Shown: positions 36,503 to 50,119, counted from the stretch's first letter. The stretch: 64,000 nucleotides of DNA from Hormiphora californensis (GCA_020137815.1 CM035352.1:1798001-1862000), one strand, 5' to 3'. The notes: a model not told the origin generated them from the letters alone. Numbers and translations are program-made.

Positions 36503-39500
36503 TATGAGAGACGAGGAGATGAGAGACGAGGAAAAAGACGAGAGGAAGAGAGAGACCCCAAGACAGAACAGAGAAAAGGCCCGACCGAAGAGAACTCTGG
36601 AGCAACCAGAGATGAGAGAGTAGAGCGCGAGCCAGCCGAGCGAGAGCAGAGAGAGCTAGAGAGAGATCAGCTTTACAAGCGTTGGCAGACATGTGTATTG
36701 CAGATAACTACACTCTCGACATTACTAAGTGCATACCGTCTACCGAATAGTATGCCGACGACGTCTGCAGTTGACGACAGCTACCTACAGGTTGTTAAAA
36801 ATCATTGAAAATAAGCCAAAAAACCCTGCAGTTTTTCCAATTATATTCTAGGCTGAACCCCCGACCCCCCCCCCCCCCCGACTTACCAAGTTTTTATCGC
36901 TAAGTTCGGTGAGTGCTTCTTCCTGTTCTTCCACTTGTTTAGTTTTTACCCGACACCTCTCTGCAACCACCATAAGAGAGTCGTTGACAGATCTAGGCCA
37001 GGGTAAAATATTGTTGAGTATTTGAGGGGTGTTACTCAACAAGTAAGTCGATCTAGAAGGGAACCAACAAAACTAGAAAACTAGAACCAGTGTTCAAGCG
37101 GGTAAACGATAGAACAAGGTACAAGGTACAATATAATAATAGTGGTGTAAAACACCAGGGGTTCCCTTTCATCACCCCCCCCCCCCACTAGTGTGGACTG
37201 GAAGCAAGTGGGGGTGTGGAAGCAAGTGGGGTGTGGACAAGTTCTCTATGGTGACATTCACTGACATTTACCCAATTTGAACCTTGTCGTGATGACATTG
37301 TACAAATCACGGCCATGGACGGGTTAAATGTGTTCAGATTGAGAATATTAATTGAACCTAGAATTTAATAGTTCATAGTTTGCAGAAAGCATTTTCCACA
37401 TAGTGTCCTAATTCCGGTTTGAGGAAAAAACATCAGACCAATTAATGACTAGTTTACAAGAATACTGCAGTACCTGAGGGACGATTCTTTCTCCTGAAGG
37501 GCTGATTTCAGGTTAAACAGCTCACTAGTTAGGGAATCATTCTTACTGATAAACGTCTTTATACTGTTCTCCTTAGCCTGCAGGAGCAATAAAGCATTGT
37601 TTCAGAATACAGCGATAGCAACAATTAGCAGGTTATAGGTATAGCTCGTAGCTGACATGTTCGAGCAGCGTGTGCGATATTACAGTCAGAGCCTTAAAAC
37701 ACCACACCCAAGCAGCAAGAAGTGAGGCGTATTACTGCAGCATTCAGGTTCAACAATTCAAATCTAAACAACAATTCAACAATTCAAATCTAAACTGTCG
37801 CCTGAAACTGTGTATGAATAATCCAAAACAAATCCAACCTGTAGGAGGACTTCCAGTTTTTTGTTACGAGCCCTGGTAGATTCCTCCAAAACTGGATCGT
37901 CTGACTCTACACCCTTCGTCAGACCTCTGGAAATTGCAGTGAGTGGACTGTTACTACACAATAAAGGACTCGAAAGAAAATGGAAGTGACTAAATAAAAT
38001 GAAGTAAAATGTCTAGAGAGTTATAGGGCAGTTGAAACCTAGAAAAATTGTATCAAATCTCTGCCCCTTTTTTTTAGAATGAAGTATTTGCATTTTTTAA
38101 GTTTCGAGAAAATCGACTTTAAAGTTTTTTAGAGGGTTTTTCGGAACTAAAATTGTCATAGAAGCCCAAATAGTACGTCAAACGATTTATGACTTATACC
38201 ACAAGAATCCTGAAGGAATTCTGCAGGACTTCCAATTATCAGCTATCATCAAATTTGTCTCAAATTGATGCCAGGCATCAAAATTGATGCCTTACTCTGT
38301 TGGTTACTTCACTTATATTACAGTTTTGAAAATACTTCCGTTGCTAGACTGATATCGACTGAAGCATAATTTTTCGTGGTAGATACTTCAGTAATTACTT
38401 CACTCAAAAAAATACTTCATCATAATAGCAACAAAAGCACCTAAAAAGTACTTCACTTGCATATACTTCAGTAATTACTTCATTCCTAAAAATACTTCTT
38501 CAGAACTGTATTCAAAATGCCTAAAAGTAACTTAATCGAACAAAAGTGTACATGTGCTTCAAAATCGCAATCTTACTTCAATATTTTGGATAAAATCACA
38601 AACGAAGTTAATTTTCATTTAACACGCAGTGAAGTATAAAATGTGTTAGAATTCTTGCTAGTCTTGAAAGTAACTCCAGAGCAGCAGCTGCAGACAAACA
38701 GACGCACAGACAAACAGACGCACAAATTACAACTGCAGCAGCCTGCAGCAGCCTGCAGCAGCATAAAGAGATGGGCCGCCCGCCCTTCGGGCGGAATGTT
38801 AAAATCATGGTGCTGATAAATTGAGCGAAAACAGAAAAACGCTATGGCAACCCTCAAACTAAGACGAACCTGCAGATAAAATCTGGAAGATTAATCTGTT
38901 CCGGTACGAGTCATACTTTGAAATTGGTTGAGTTCGGCTTGTAATATCAGAGTGAAACATGGAGATTGGAGATTCAAGAATTTTCTTCCGACCTCTACAC
39001 AGGTCCGTGTTCATAAAATATGACAGACATACAAACAGATCACAGACATACAAACAGATCACAGACAGACACACAGACAGACACACAGGCCAGTTCATTA
39101 CATGTTTTAACAATCGATTGGCTGATAACCAGTCACGTGACCTGAATAATGAGCTCGGATTGGTTGTTTATTTGGTCCGGTCGGTTGCTGAGAGATAGAG
39201 AAAGGGTCTGACAGAGAGATAATATCGATGAGAGGGAACGGGAGTGAGATTGTCTCCATTCGGGTTATTCACGAAGAGGAGTATTTGTCTAGGAGTGTGG
39301 GAATGTAAGGACAGAACAGTTAGATGACAATATATTTTGTTAATATTTGGATGATTTGTATCCGTATTCTTTATTTTTTTACAAACATTTCAAATTCCCG
39401 TGAGTGTGATAGTTCAGTGACATGGGAGACAGTGGGAGGCAAAGTGACAGGGGTTACAATGGGAGGCAAAGTGACAGGGGTTACAATTGGAGATAAGGTG

Positions 39501-42500
39501 ACAGGGGTGACAAAGGGATATAAGGTGACAGGCCCTCACTCACCCCCCTTCCCCAGGTCATCCTGCCTCCTAACTCACCCCCTTCCCCAGGTCATCCTGC
39601 CTCCTAACTCACCCCCCTTCCCTAGGTTATCCTGACCCCTAACTCACTTCTCACATATCACTTATCATCACTTCTCACATATCACTTATCAGTTTCGTTT
39701 GAAAAGCTCGCTTCTGATAATTTTTTGATCTTCCACCGTTGTACACGCGAACGAGCATGGCCTCCAAGTTGGATCGTGCCTTCACTATCTGGCGGAATGG
39801 CGGCCCGGGCAACAGAGCTACTACTGCTGATTACAGCCGGCTGGAGATGTCCATCGTATCTACCTTGAGACGAGTCGGTGGGTACCCTGACCCTAACAAG
39901 GAAGGTGGCACATTCGACCTGAACAAGCTGACCACCACCTATCTCTCAACTCTAGATACCAACAAGAAAGTTAGTTTTATTTCTGATATGGCGGGCTTAC
40001 TTTGGTATCTTGCGCTCCTCTCAGTCGGTTGCTAAGAAGAACTTGTCAGATGACATGCGATCGGTTCAGAACAGTTTCTGTGTGTAGCGATGAATCAAAA
40101 GAGAAGGGTAGAAAAAGCTTATGAGCATCTGGACCACACCCGAGACCGTCTTGACATTGCTACAGATCTGTTATTAGACCGTGATTCCAAATCATTGAAC
40201 TGCAATCAAGATCAGTGCCCTGAAAGACTCGATCATATCCATGAAGATACCATGCTAAGAAGAGCGTGGCCTACTGTACCAGTTGTAAAGACGAGATTCA
40301 GAATTACTCTGCTGTTCTCCAGACAGCTGCTACTGCGGTACCAGACCTGTGTATCTGCCCTTGCTCCCAGCAAACTACAACAGCCATTGCCACGCTTCAG
40401 TTGATCGTAGTAACAACCTGAGTTGGGTACGGTCTGCCAGAGAGTGACCAGCTAAGCGACAGTACTTAGTCAAGATCATTTGTAACATTTGTCTGAAGCG
40501 CAGTGTTATCAGAGTGGCACGACTGTAGGAGAGGTGGTGAGGGAGTGCGGCCAGTGCGGGTGGTGCTGAGGAACAGAGAGATTTGCAGGACTATTTTGGG
40601 ACAATCAGCGATGCTGAAGGACTACTGACCGTATCATCAGTGTTTAATTGCACCGGACGATCAGTAGAAGAGAGAGCAGAGAGAAAAGAATAGTTACTAA
40701 ACTGAGAGAGAGAAAAAAATGAACCTGATAAATTTTGGAGGATTAGAAGAGGCTTATTGTAAAGAGTGAGACGTGAGAAGTGTTGCGAGAGATTAGAGAG
40801 ATAGAGATTAATGATTTAACTTTTGAGATACGGTTTATTTCTAGTTTTATAATTTTTTATGGTTTTCAGTTTTGTAAAGACATAGTGCGGACAGGTGGGG
40901 TAGCACGGTCAAAGCACACAAAAGACCAACCGTCTTCGTGCTAACGACCCTGTTACGCCACCCTAATCCTCACTCAGTTTGGTCTTGTGTGGCTGGTTTG
41001 CTTCCTATTATAATATGATTATTTCGGCGCAATGCCACTGCCAGCGGCAGTTTTGATTGATTGATTGATTGAAAGCTCACCCCCTTCCCCAGGTCATCCT
41101 GCCTCCTAACTCACCCCCTTCCCTAGGTTATCCTGACCCCTAATTCACCCCCTTCCCTAGGTCATCCTGCCTCCTAACTCACCCCCTTCCTTAGGTCATC
41201 CTGCCTCCTAACTCCCCCCCTTCCCCAGTCATCCTGCCTCCCTAACTCACCCCCTTCCCTAGGTTAATCCTGACCCCTAACCACCTCCCTTCCCTAGGTT
41301 ATCCCTGCCCCCTAACTCACCCCCCTTCCCTAGGTTTATCCTGACCCCTAACTCACCCCCTTCCCTAGTTATCCTGACCCCTACTCGCCCCCTTCCCTAG
41401 GTTCCTGACCCCTAACTCACCCCCCTTCCCTAGTTTATCCTGACCCCTAACTCACCCTACCCCTTCCCCAGGTCATCCTGCCTCCTAACTCCACCCCCTT
41501 CCCTAGGTCACTCCCTTCCCCGGGTTATCCTGCCTCCTGATAGTACTGATCACTGACTGATCACTGACTGATGATTGATTGGATGACAGGTGACTGGGTT
41601 ACAGTGGAGGCAAGTGACAGGGTACAGTGGGCAAGGTGCAGGGTGACAAGGGGAGAAAAGGTGACGGGTTTACAAAGAGGGACAAAAGGACAGGGTTGAC
41701 AGTCATGGGAGACAAAGTACAGAAACATTGTACCGCTGCAGCATGATACGATACACACGGATGTCCGTTAGCTACTATTTGAACTCCAGACAGGTTGAGT
41801 TTTCAAACCAGCTGCAGCTGGCCCCCTAGCCTTTCGGAATGATGTAAATTTGAAACCAAACGCTAGGGCAATAACTTATAAAACCTTATGAGGCAGTGTT
41901 TGACAACACTGTTTGTTGGTGTCTCCCTCTCTTTGTCCTCAGAGTGGACACTCTTTCATAGAGATATCCCAGAATCATGATCACCCCCGGCCCCCAGAGT
42001 CTTGTGGCCCAGACATCTCTTCTCACTGTGTTGAGTTACCTAACAACTGGTGTTGTTGTGGTCGTTACGACAGTACGGTACTGGAACATAATGCTACCTT
42101 TGAATGGGGGGTTCTGACAAGTTCGAAGAATGAATTGGAGTGACGTAGTTGTAACGGTGAGGATGAGTAATTCGAGATGTGAACGATAATTATAATTACT
42201 CAGAATAGAATAATTATTATAGGATCGCCTCCGTTCGACCTTCATCATGATGATGCTGCAGCAAGAACAAATCTTGGAAATTACTTCTTTGGCCGGACTT
42301 GTGTATAAATGGCACATATTATATAAAAATGAAGTTTCTTCGTGAATTATGTTTTTTTCTGGCATGCGACAATAAGCATTTGAACTTCCACAGATTTTAG
42401 AGCATTTTCAAATTGAAGTAATGAAGTGAAGTACTTCTGAGTTGAAAATACTTCAAACAAAATCTGCAACGGATTTATGAAGCATTTTCAAATTGAAGTA

Positions 42501-44390
42501 AATGAAGTGAAGTATCTTCGAGTGGACAATACTTCAAACAAAATCTGCAGCTGATTGAAGTATTTCAATAGAATTTTTAAAATTTTTAATAGCAAACAAC
42601 TGAAGCAAATTTTTCTGCGGTTATTACTTCTATGGTAGAAAAGTTTAACGAAGCAGTATTTATTTCCGAATTATATTAGCGAAGCAATTGCCATTTGCTT
42701 CACTTTTCTGCAGTTTTTCAAAAATAAAAGTACTTCACAAAAAACACTTCACTCTATTTTTTGAAGATTGAGACACGAGACTTAGCCCATCTTGTAGATC
42801 TTTTTCTCCTGATCAAGATGGTATAAATAACTTAAAATCGCCAAAATTGCAAATACTTCATTCTAAAAAAAGGGGCAGATCTCTACTCCTACATTTCCTG
42901 TTGGCCACAGATGACTCTTCACTGTCCTAAGAAAACCTGACTCCCTAATCATGATGAACACAGCTGTGGCTCCATCTCGACAAGGATCAGAGAGACAGAA
43001 AACAATAAACGGATAATTTTTAACAAAGTATTACTTCTTCATCCCTCTTTTGAAGTTCATTCTCCCTCCCTCTAGCTCTCTCTCTCCCTCTAGCTCCCTC
43101 TCTCACTATTTCTCCCTCTCTATTCCTCGCTATCAGTATCTCTATACTATGGCCTGCAATACAGAGGCTAGTACTGAGTGATGACATGTGTGTTCGCGTA
43201 TACTGATTTTTACCGCTTTGCTTTTTAGACTTTCTCTCTGAGCGTACACATAGCTCTTCACTTTGTCTCTCTATGCCTCTCTTTCACACTCTCTCTCATA
43301 CTCTCCTCTTTCTTTCTCTCTTTCTTTCTCTCTTTCTCTCACATCGTGACACAATGCGTCCAATATGCTAGAAAAGACAAATTGCTTCGAGACAGCAGAC
43401 ACATTGGCACGAGTTGCAAGCCAGAACAGACAGCAGGAAAGGGAGAGATAGAGAGTGAGAGTGGGAGAGAGACCCAGAAAAATATAGATGGCGATGGGAG
43501 GGAGGAAAGAGAAAAAAGAACTTGGCTGGTTCATGGTTGGTTTGTGACCATCTGCAGCAGTCAACAAGTCTATCCAAATTTGGTCCGGCCAGAAATTTAT
43601 GCGAATCTTAGAAGTGTATCTCGATGCTCGAGTATATAAAAAGTTTAGAAAACCCGAAAAAAGTTACCTCACTGCTGATAAATTCGTCATTCTTCAAGTC
43701 TTTGGCGCCCATTTGTTCTTTTACGGTGTTCGGAATTTTCTTTTCTGGCTGCAACACATGCAGCATGTCCAAAACTAGATCGTCATCGTCATCATCTTCA
43801 AGAACTTGAGGTGTCTTCTTTTCTGGCTGCAACATCTGAAGCATGTCCAAAACTAGATCGTCATCGTCATCTTCTTCATCTTCAACAACTTGAGGTGTCT
43901 TCTTTTCTGGCTGCAACATCTGAAGCATGTCCAAAACTAGATCGTCATCGTCATCATCGTCATCTTCAAGAACTTGAGGTGTCTTCTTTTCTGGCTGCAA
44001 CATATGGAGCATGTCCAAAACTAGATCGTCATCGTCATCTTCTTCATCTTCAAGAACTTGAGGTGTCTTCTTTTCTGGCTGCAACATCTGAAGCATGTCC
44101 AAAACTAGATCGTCATCGTCATCTTCTTTATCTTCAGCAATTTGAGCTACTTTCTTTTCTGTCTGTTTTTCTGCTTTATCGTTTTCCGTTGCTAGCTGGT
44201 CCTGCTTTTCTAGATTCTGGCCATTTCCTCTGTCCTCTAGGCGTTTGTCCTCCTGTCCGTCTTTTGGGTGTTTAGAAATTTCTTCCGACAAGAGCTGACT
44301 TTCCTTCTCCGAAGCCTGATCAACCACAACCACAGGAGCTTTCTTATTTCCCCTCTTCTTCCCACCCTTTTTACCGCTCTTATCTCGCAT
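29393..44390 (-). CDS. Long coiled-coil protein with myosin-tail-like C-terminal rod, apparently lacking a motor domain (multi-exon)
   Basis: Many short heptad-rich GT-AG exons between about 30400 and 37930. Late exons read KTSYRTRVRNLENRIAELE, TIKRMERQSREMEIQLGED..NRNKQLKQFLADS and ESRVHTLQSKLRKVTSEMEETEGRA, resembling the end of the myosin-II rod. Last exon runs from about 29849 to the stop at 29393. Linking exon 44390-43668 (ATG, phase-0 GTAACT donor) as the first exon is inferred. Confidence 0.6.
36092..36331. mobile_element. Degenerate MITE-like inverted repeat carrying several TCACGTGA boxes
   Basis: GTGGTGAGATTTCAGTGAAAAT versus ATTTTTCACTGAAAACCCACTAC, with TCACGTGA at about 36133, 36235, 36254 and 36280. 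Confidence 0.45.
39535..41540. repeat. ~30-bp minisatellite (CTCACCCCCTTCCCTAGGTTATCCTGACCCCTAA) split by an insertion
   Basis: Units at 39535-39644 resume at 41076-41540. Confidence 0.85.
39645..41072 (+). mobile_element. Probable internally deleted / non-autonomous non-LTR retroelement
   Basis: Inr-like ATCAGTT near 39688, a degraded ORF starting MASKLDRAF, a 3' stem-loop ACTGCC-AGC-GGCAGT and a (TTGA)n tail at 41053-41072. No RT motifs seen. Confidence 0.45.
43745..44150 (-). repeat. Coding tandem repeat, about 5 copies of ~84 bp (KKTPQVLEDEEDDDDDLVLDMLQMLQPE)
   Basis: In ORF 44390-43608. DNA period 84 bp (AAAACTAGATCGTC at 43849, 43933, 44017 and 44101). Confidence 0.9.
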
Positions 44391-44798
44391 ACTACGATGT
44401 TTTGATTACTTTTCAAATCAAGCGATTTAACAATGCCCTGACTAAAACTAAACAACAGCAGAGTAAGAAAGGCACCGTTTGGATTTTCGGTTTTGGATTC
44501 TGGTGGTCCTAATCGCACAGATTGGGTTCATGGTTGCCTAGCTCGACCCCCTTTTCGCGAGGAGGGTTAGAACGTAACAAGTTCATGGGTAGAATCTGAA
44601 CATACAATAACTGGGTGACACATATTTTCCGATATAAAAAGTACTGTGGAACTGCAAGAGTACAAGCAAAGTACCGAAGCACATGTTGTGCATGCTGCAA
44701 GCTGGATTTGAAAACTAGAGAAAACAGTTACTCAATTACTTCGTAACACCAACCCCTTCCGGGTGCCGTAATGTAATGTGTAATATATGAGGGGAGAG

Positions 44799-44851
<53 letters not shown>

Positions 44852-45677
44852 GGGAGAGATGAATGAGAAGGGAAGAGAGTAGGATAGTTATCGAGAGAGG
44901 GAGAGAAGAGGAGAGACTGAGCGATGAGAGATCCGTATCCTGTCTTCCTGCTGGCTCTCTCGATCAGAGTTCTCCGTCTGCTATCGACTACCGTCTGCTC
45001 TCTCAACCATCCTCTTCGCCTAATCGTGAGCTCGCGGATCTAGATGACTGAGTGTCTCTCTCGTCTTCTCTCCGTCCTGCCTCTCTGGTCTCTTCTCTTT
45101 CGTCTGTTCTGCTGCTCTTCGGTCGTGTCCGGAAAGAGACACTACTGGTTGCTGGAGAAAACTCAATGGTAGGTTCAAGGTAGGTGAGTTAGTAGTTGTT
45201 GTATGCGTGATATTGGTATTTGGGTCTGGGGAAACTGACTTACTGACAGATTTCATAACTCAAATTTAAGTTCCTTCTTGATTGTGATTTGGTTGTTTTT
45301 CGGTTTTAGTATTGGCTGAGCAGTTCTATCGCTGGAAAGTGAGATCAGTACTTTTGCGAAGGAGAGCAAAAGAGAGAATAAAATCTTGATGGAGCTGCTT
45401 AGCTTTTTTAATATGGAATTCTTAAAAAACGGAGTTTGTAACATAAAACATGCATAAATGATAAAATATAATAAGTGCATTACATAGTAACATAACGATA
45501 TATTAACGATACGAGAAAAACATTTGATTCTGGGAATAAAAACTTAAAATAGTGTTTTGATGTATTTGTTTAAAATAACAATAATTTAACAATACCGTCC
45601 GTGACCTTCTGATCACTACAACAACTGTCTATTTGCTGTCTCCAGTTCCACTGCTCTACACTTTTTCTCACCATCCT

Positions 45678-46345
45678 CTAAACCTGTTCGTACCGTGGCC
45701 GAGCAGCGGCGGCTCCCTCCTCTTTCATCCTCAAATACACCACATTACCCGAACCTCCTCCCCTAGGAGCTGTAGACTCCCCACACGTTCCACAGCAGAT
45801 ACACCGGAGGATATCATAGCAACACTTGCAGCAACAACACGCTAGAGCTACAATGGAGGCGAGTATGGCACCAGCGAAGATCCAGACCCCCATAATTACA
45901 TTCTTGGGTCCGTACTCCTCACACCACTCGGAGAAAGGTTCCTCTCGGAGGAGAGGAGCGTATTCTGCGTATTTTCCAACCTTCTCGTAAATCGGGTACC
46001 TGCAGGTGGTATGATATCATGATTAGTGACCATTATAACCAGTGAATATCATAATTAGTGAACATTCGACTTGGCTAAATCAAATTAAAAAATTAAAACG
46101 ATGCATAGAAAGAAGATCATTGCAGGAATCATATTGTTTATACTTTATATCCAAACTTACTTCATCATTTGGCACTCCGCTTTGACTGACAGTTTTTCAA
46201 CTGCTTTATCGATTCCAAGGGCTGATGTGAGTGGGGATATTCCGAGTTCCTTTGCTGCAAAGTTATAGGCATCCATTAGGGCGGTGTCAGAGGCCAGGAC
46301 TGGGCACATCATGGAGACTGCCAATACCACACATAGGAGAAACAT
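45678..46345 (-). CDS. Small single-pass membrane protein A (168 aa): signal peptide, TM, poly-Cys, VVYLRM...RYEQV
   Basis: Exons 46345-46161 (GTAAGT donor) and 45999-45678 (CTGCAG acceptor) join in phase. Confidence 0.8.
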
Positions 46346-47721
46346 TGTCGATATAGCTAGGTGTACTAAACACTAAAAAGGAGAGATAGATTGGTTATAT
46401 TTATTGGAATGTTACAATGTTAGTAACATTGTTACATCTAGTATCTACTGCAGGGAACGGGGGGGGTGGGAGGTGAGTGGTGAATATGACATTGTGTGGT
46501 ATGATGAATATCGAAAGTTGTTTGCACTGATTGTAACTAGGCACACCACACACTATAATATTATTTCAAAACATCAAACATGAGGGTTAAGAGTTCAAAA
46601 ACATAGTTGACCAGCTCTAATAAAAAATGGGTTAAATTGATCAGCGAGAGGGAGAGAAACAAAAGCATAACCATCGGCAAAAGTATGATAAGGAGTAGGA
46701 AGTAAACTCAAAAGAGGATCTCCCTCTCAATTTATCGCTCTCTCTCGCTCTCTATTTCCCTCTCTCTCTCTCTCTCTCATTTTCCGCTCTCTATTTCTCC
46801 CTCTCGCTCTGTCGCTCTCTCTTTCAATCTCTCTCACTTTTTCTCTCTTGTCAAAAGTAAACTCCCTCTCCCATTCTGGCCCTCTATCGATAGCCATCTC
46901 TCCCGTCACAGTCACGCGATTTCTGTACCAGAAACAACTACATACCAAAGTTTGAGACACACTTTCCCGACCAGAAAGCTGTTACCACCTTTCATTTTCA
47001 AGTTAAAATGGCTGCTTATTTAGACAAACATATCTGACTAACTTTCCACAAAAACTAGCTTATAAAGGTAAACTCTACTAGTAAAATCTGCTGATCTCAC
47101 TATACTATCTCTTCTCTGTCTATACTCTATCAAAGCATTCCACAGGTCTAACACGGCTCTCTCAACACGTTCACATGTCAATATAAACACCAGCTGGTTA
47201 TATCTAAAACTAAGAAAGGGGCGGGTGGGCTTAGAGGTACGGGGAACAATGAACATAGTCATCTCTCATATCATACAAACTGTCTGGCAGACTGCCAGAC
47301 AGCTCCTCGCAAATTATTTTGAAGGTGCTTGAGAAATGAGTTTACCCCAGACAAGCTCAACTCTGTAGTCTGTTGTGACATACCGGATACAATATATTTA
47401 TTTCGGTTGATTACAAAAATATCTAACCTCTTTTGCATTACATGCGAAAATTTCAATTCAGAAAAAGGAAAAGCTATTCAGTTTTGGGTGGTAACGGCCG
47501 ACTGCAACGCAGAGAAATCTAAAATAGATGCAGACCGGCCTGCTTCCACCTAAAAGTGAAACGGTTTCGGGTTTTTTGTCATGCCACATCTGGCCTTCAG
47601 CGGGACAAGGCCGCCACTTGCAAATGTTGGTTCACAGAAAATTAAGTTCATAGAGTTTTAAGTTTAAGTTCACGTGAGCGTTGAATTCTCACAGCCCAAA
47701 ACGACGAAAAACAATGTAGAT

Positions 47722-48012
47722 CTAAACTTTTTCATATTTATTTTCCACTCTTTGTCCACTTGTATCCATTGTCACATAGACTGCAGTACCATCATTCCTC
47801 AAGCATCCACAGCAACATCCCACAGCAACATCCACAGCAACAGCAGCAACAAACTATCATAATGATTACAACCAGTGGAATTCCCACACACAGGGCTATA
47901 ATCACACCCAGCACCCAGTCCATCTGCAATATCATCAGGAAACATAGGGATCACAGGTAACATTGTTCAAAGAGAGAACTATAACTGTTATCGTCAGCAG
48001 TAACTTGGTCAT
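47722..48012 (-). CDS. Small single-pass membrane protein B (~95 aa): MTKLLL signal, TM, poly-Cys, AVYVTM...KYEKV
   Basis: Intronless. Three +1 shifts, each in a CCC or GGG run. Signal peptide nearly identical to gene C. Confidence 0.7.
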
Positions 48013-48522
48013 TGTGTATCTGGTGGAATTAGTGGTTTGGATTGGAACAGTGTTACACGGTCGCTTGTAGTGGGAAAACGGTAATGGAAAACGAAGATAC
48101 AGTAAGACGACGCGCAACCGTGACCAATCAGGGCGCTAGTACGTGCTGACACATGAACTTTTTGCCGCGCGTTATGCACCGTGCGCATCTCCTTACTGTA
48201 TTTTGCGTTACCGTATTTTGACTGCAAGCAGCACTGTAATTTGATAAACTATCTCCAGACACATGATACAGAGTTAAGGAAAATCATGACTCGCAACTAA
48301 CGTCGAACGAAGGGGTAAATTATGCAAACGATATTTAGGAAGAACTTTCACAGCTAATGAACCTCCAAAAGTAATGTAAACAATCGTGGTATTCCACGTG
48401 GTTACAGGTGGTTCATTGAACCGTGTTCAAAATTATAAGGAGTTCAATACAGTAGCTCGCTCCCGAATGACAACTAAACTGTCTTCTGACACATTTCTCC
48501 TGAACCGACATGCCGTATTTAA

Positions 48523-48826
48523 AGTGAGAGTGGACAGAATCAGAATTGGACAAGTTTGTTGGAGGTTCTAGAGATTAGTTCTATGAGCATTTTGCCTTTT
48601 TTCGGCTCAAAATCGACCCATCCATCACTGAGATATTTTTGTTACTCTCGGGGAATTCCTGTTTAATCAGTATATTATAAAACAGGATAGAAACAATCGT
48701 CGTGTTTTACTAACACATTCGGAATATAAGTAGTAGTAGTGAGCGGCAAAAAGGCAAAATTCTCATAGAACTAATCTCTACAACCTCCAACAAACTTGTC
48801 CATTTCTGATTCTGTCCACTCTCACT
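48523..48826. mobile_element. Kolobok-like MITE (TTAA TSD, AG...CT termini, ~80-bp TIRs)
   Basis: AGTGAGAGTGGACAGAATCAGAA... is inverted at both ends, with TTAA at 48519-48522 and 48827-48830. Confidence 0.75.
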
Positions 48827-49115
48827 TTAAATCAAGGTGCCTCACTAGTTGTCACACCCCCAAATTAATATTGTCTATTTATCCCTCTGCTCCTCTAACA
48901 GAGAATGCATCCCCACTCGATTTGTTTACTTTATTAGTTTTCTAGAACATTTGTCAGCCCTGTGTGAAAGATCTTCCTATTTTTCATATATATTGGTTGA
49001 CCTCTTTGCGTTTTGTGCGACACCCAATAGTCAACACATCAGTTTTATTCTACCGCCCCGGCCCCCCCCCCCAAAAACCCTGTAACAAATGTACCACTAA
49101 TTCCACCGGTTAGCA

Positions 49116-49527
49116 ATGACCAAGTTACTGCTGACAGTAACAGTTATAGTTCTCTCTTTGAACGGTGTAATTTGCTGGAACAGTGATCCCCTCGATCAAC
49201 TAGCGGACAAGGTTAACGATGTTGCCAACCACGCTGCCAATGACATAGTCGAACCCCTGGCGAACCAGCTGGGATTTACTGTCGAACCACCCTCTCCAAC
49301 ACAACCTCCATGAGATAAAGGATGGAGTTGAAAACTTCAGTAGGGAATCTGGATTTCCCATGGAGTTGATCATTGCCCTGGGTGTCGGGGTTCCCCTAGT
49401 TCTTATTAGTCTCGTAGTGTGCTGCTGTTGCTGCTGCTGTAGATGCTGCAGGAGGAAGAAGGAGACGGCTGTTTATGTGAGGATGGATCCGGCAGAGGGA
49501 GTGGAGAATAGATATGAACAGGTTTAG
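49116..49527 (+). CDS. Small single-pass membrane protein C: MTKLLL signal, helical ectodomain, TM, poly-Cys, AVYVRM...RYEQV
   Basis: ORF 49116- shifts once (probably the GGG near 49271) into DGVENFSRESGFPMELIIALGVGVPLVLISLVVCCCCCCCRCCRRKKETAVYVRMDPAEGVENRYEQV*. Confidence 0.75.
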
Positions 49528-50119
49528 ATCATGTATTGGACAGCTACCGGCTACGTACGAAGGATTTGCTGAATTCTGGGATTTACACAAAAATCAATAA
49601 ACAAGTATATTGCATGATGCCCTTGTTTTATTTTCAAAAAAAGTCATATTATTTTTTTTTCAGAAACAAAGCTTACACCGTCGTAATTGTATTTTGTATT
49701 TTTTCTATAAACCATGATTGTGCTTTGTGAATGAGGGAAGAGGATCTTGGAAGGGGGGGGGGGGTGAAGAAAACAACAAGTTAGTAATTGTAAAAACGGG
49801 TTATAAAATTATAAATTGATAAACAACTGGGTTAAAATATCTGCTGGGTTAAAATAAATACTGGATTAAAATTAATACTGGATTAAAATAAATTAAGTAA
49901 GTAAGTATATTGGGTGCATAAAAACCTTATTCCCGGCAATCTCTACCGATTTCAGTTTAACCACACTAGCTGCAACATGTGCAGTGTGCAACAGTCTCTT
50001 CACATTCTCCTAATGGTAGTCCACCATTGAATGAGCAACATATAATATATCTTATCTAAACCGCCTGATACGCAACTATTACCGCGGTAATAGTCGGATA
50101 GACACGACCCTTTACCGGA

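Larger units (their letters stand above)
38061..42878. mobile_element. 4.8-kb non-autonomous TIR DNA transposon with 4-bp TSD (Sola-like, uncertain) in an intron
   Basis: TIR CTGCCCC-T7/8-AGAATGAAGTATTTGCA at both ends. ATCT direct repeat at 38057-38060 and 42879-42882. Subterminal TACTTCA/TGAAGTA arrays in inverted orientation. No recognisable transposase. Confidence 0.75.
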
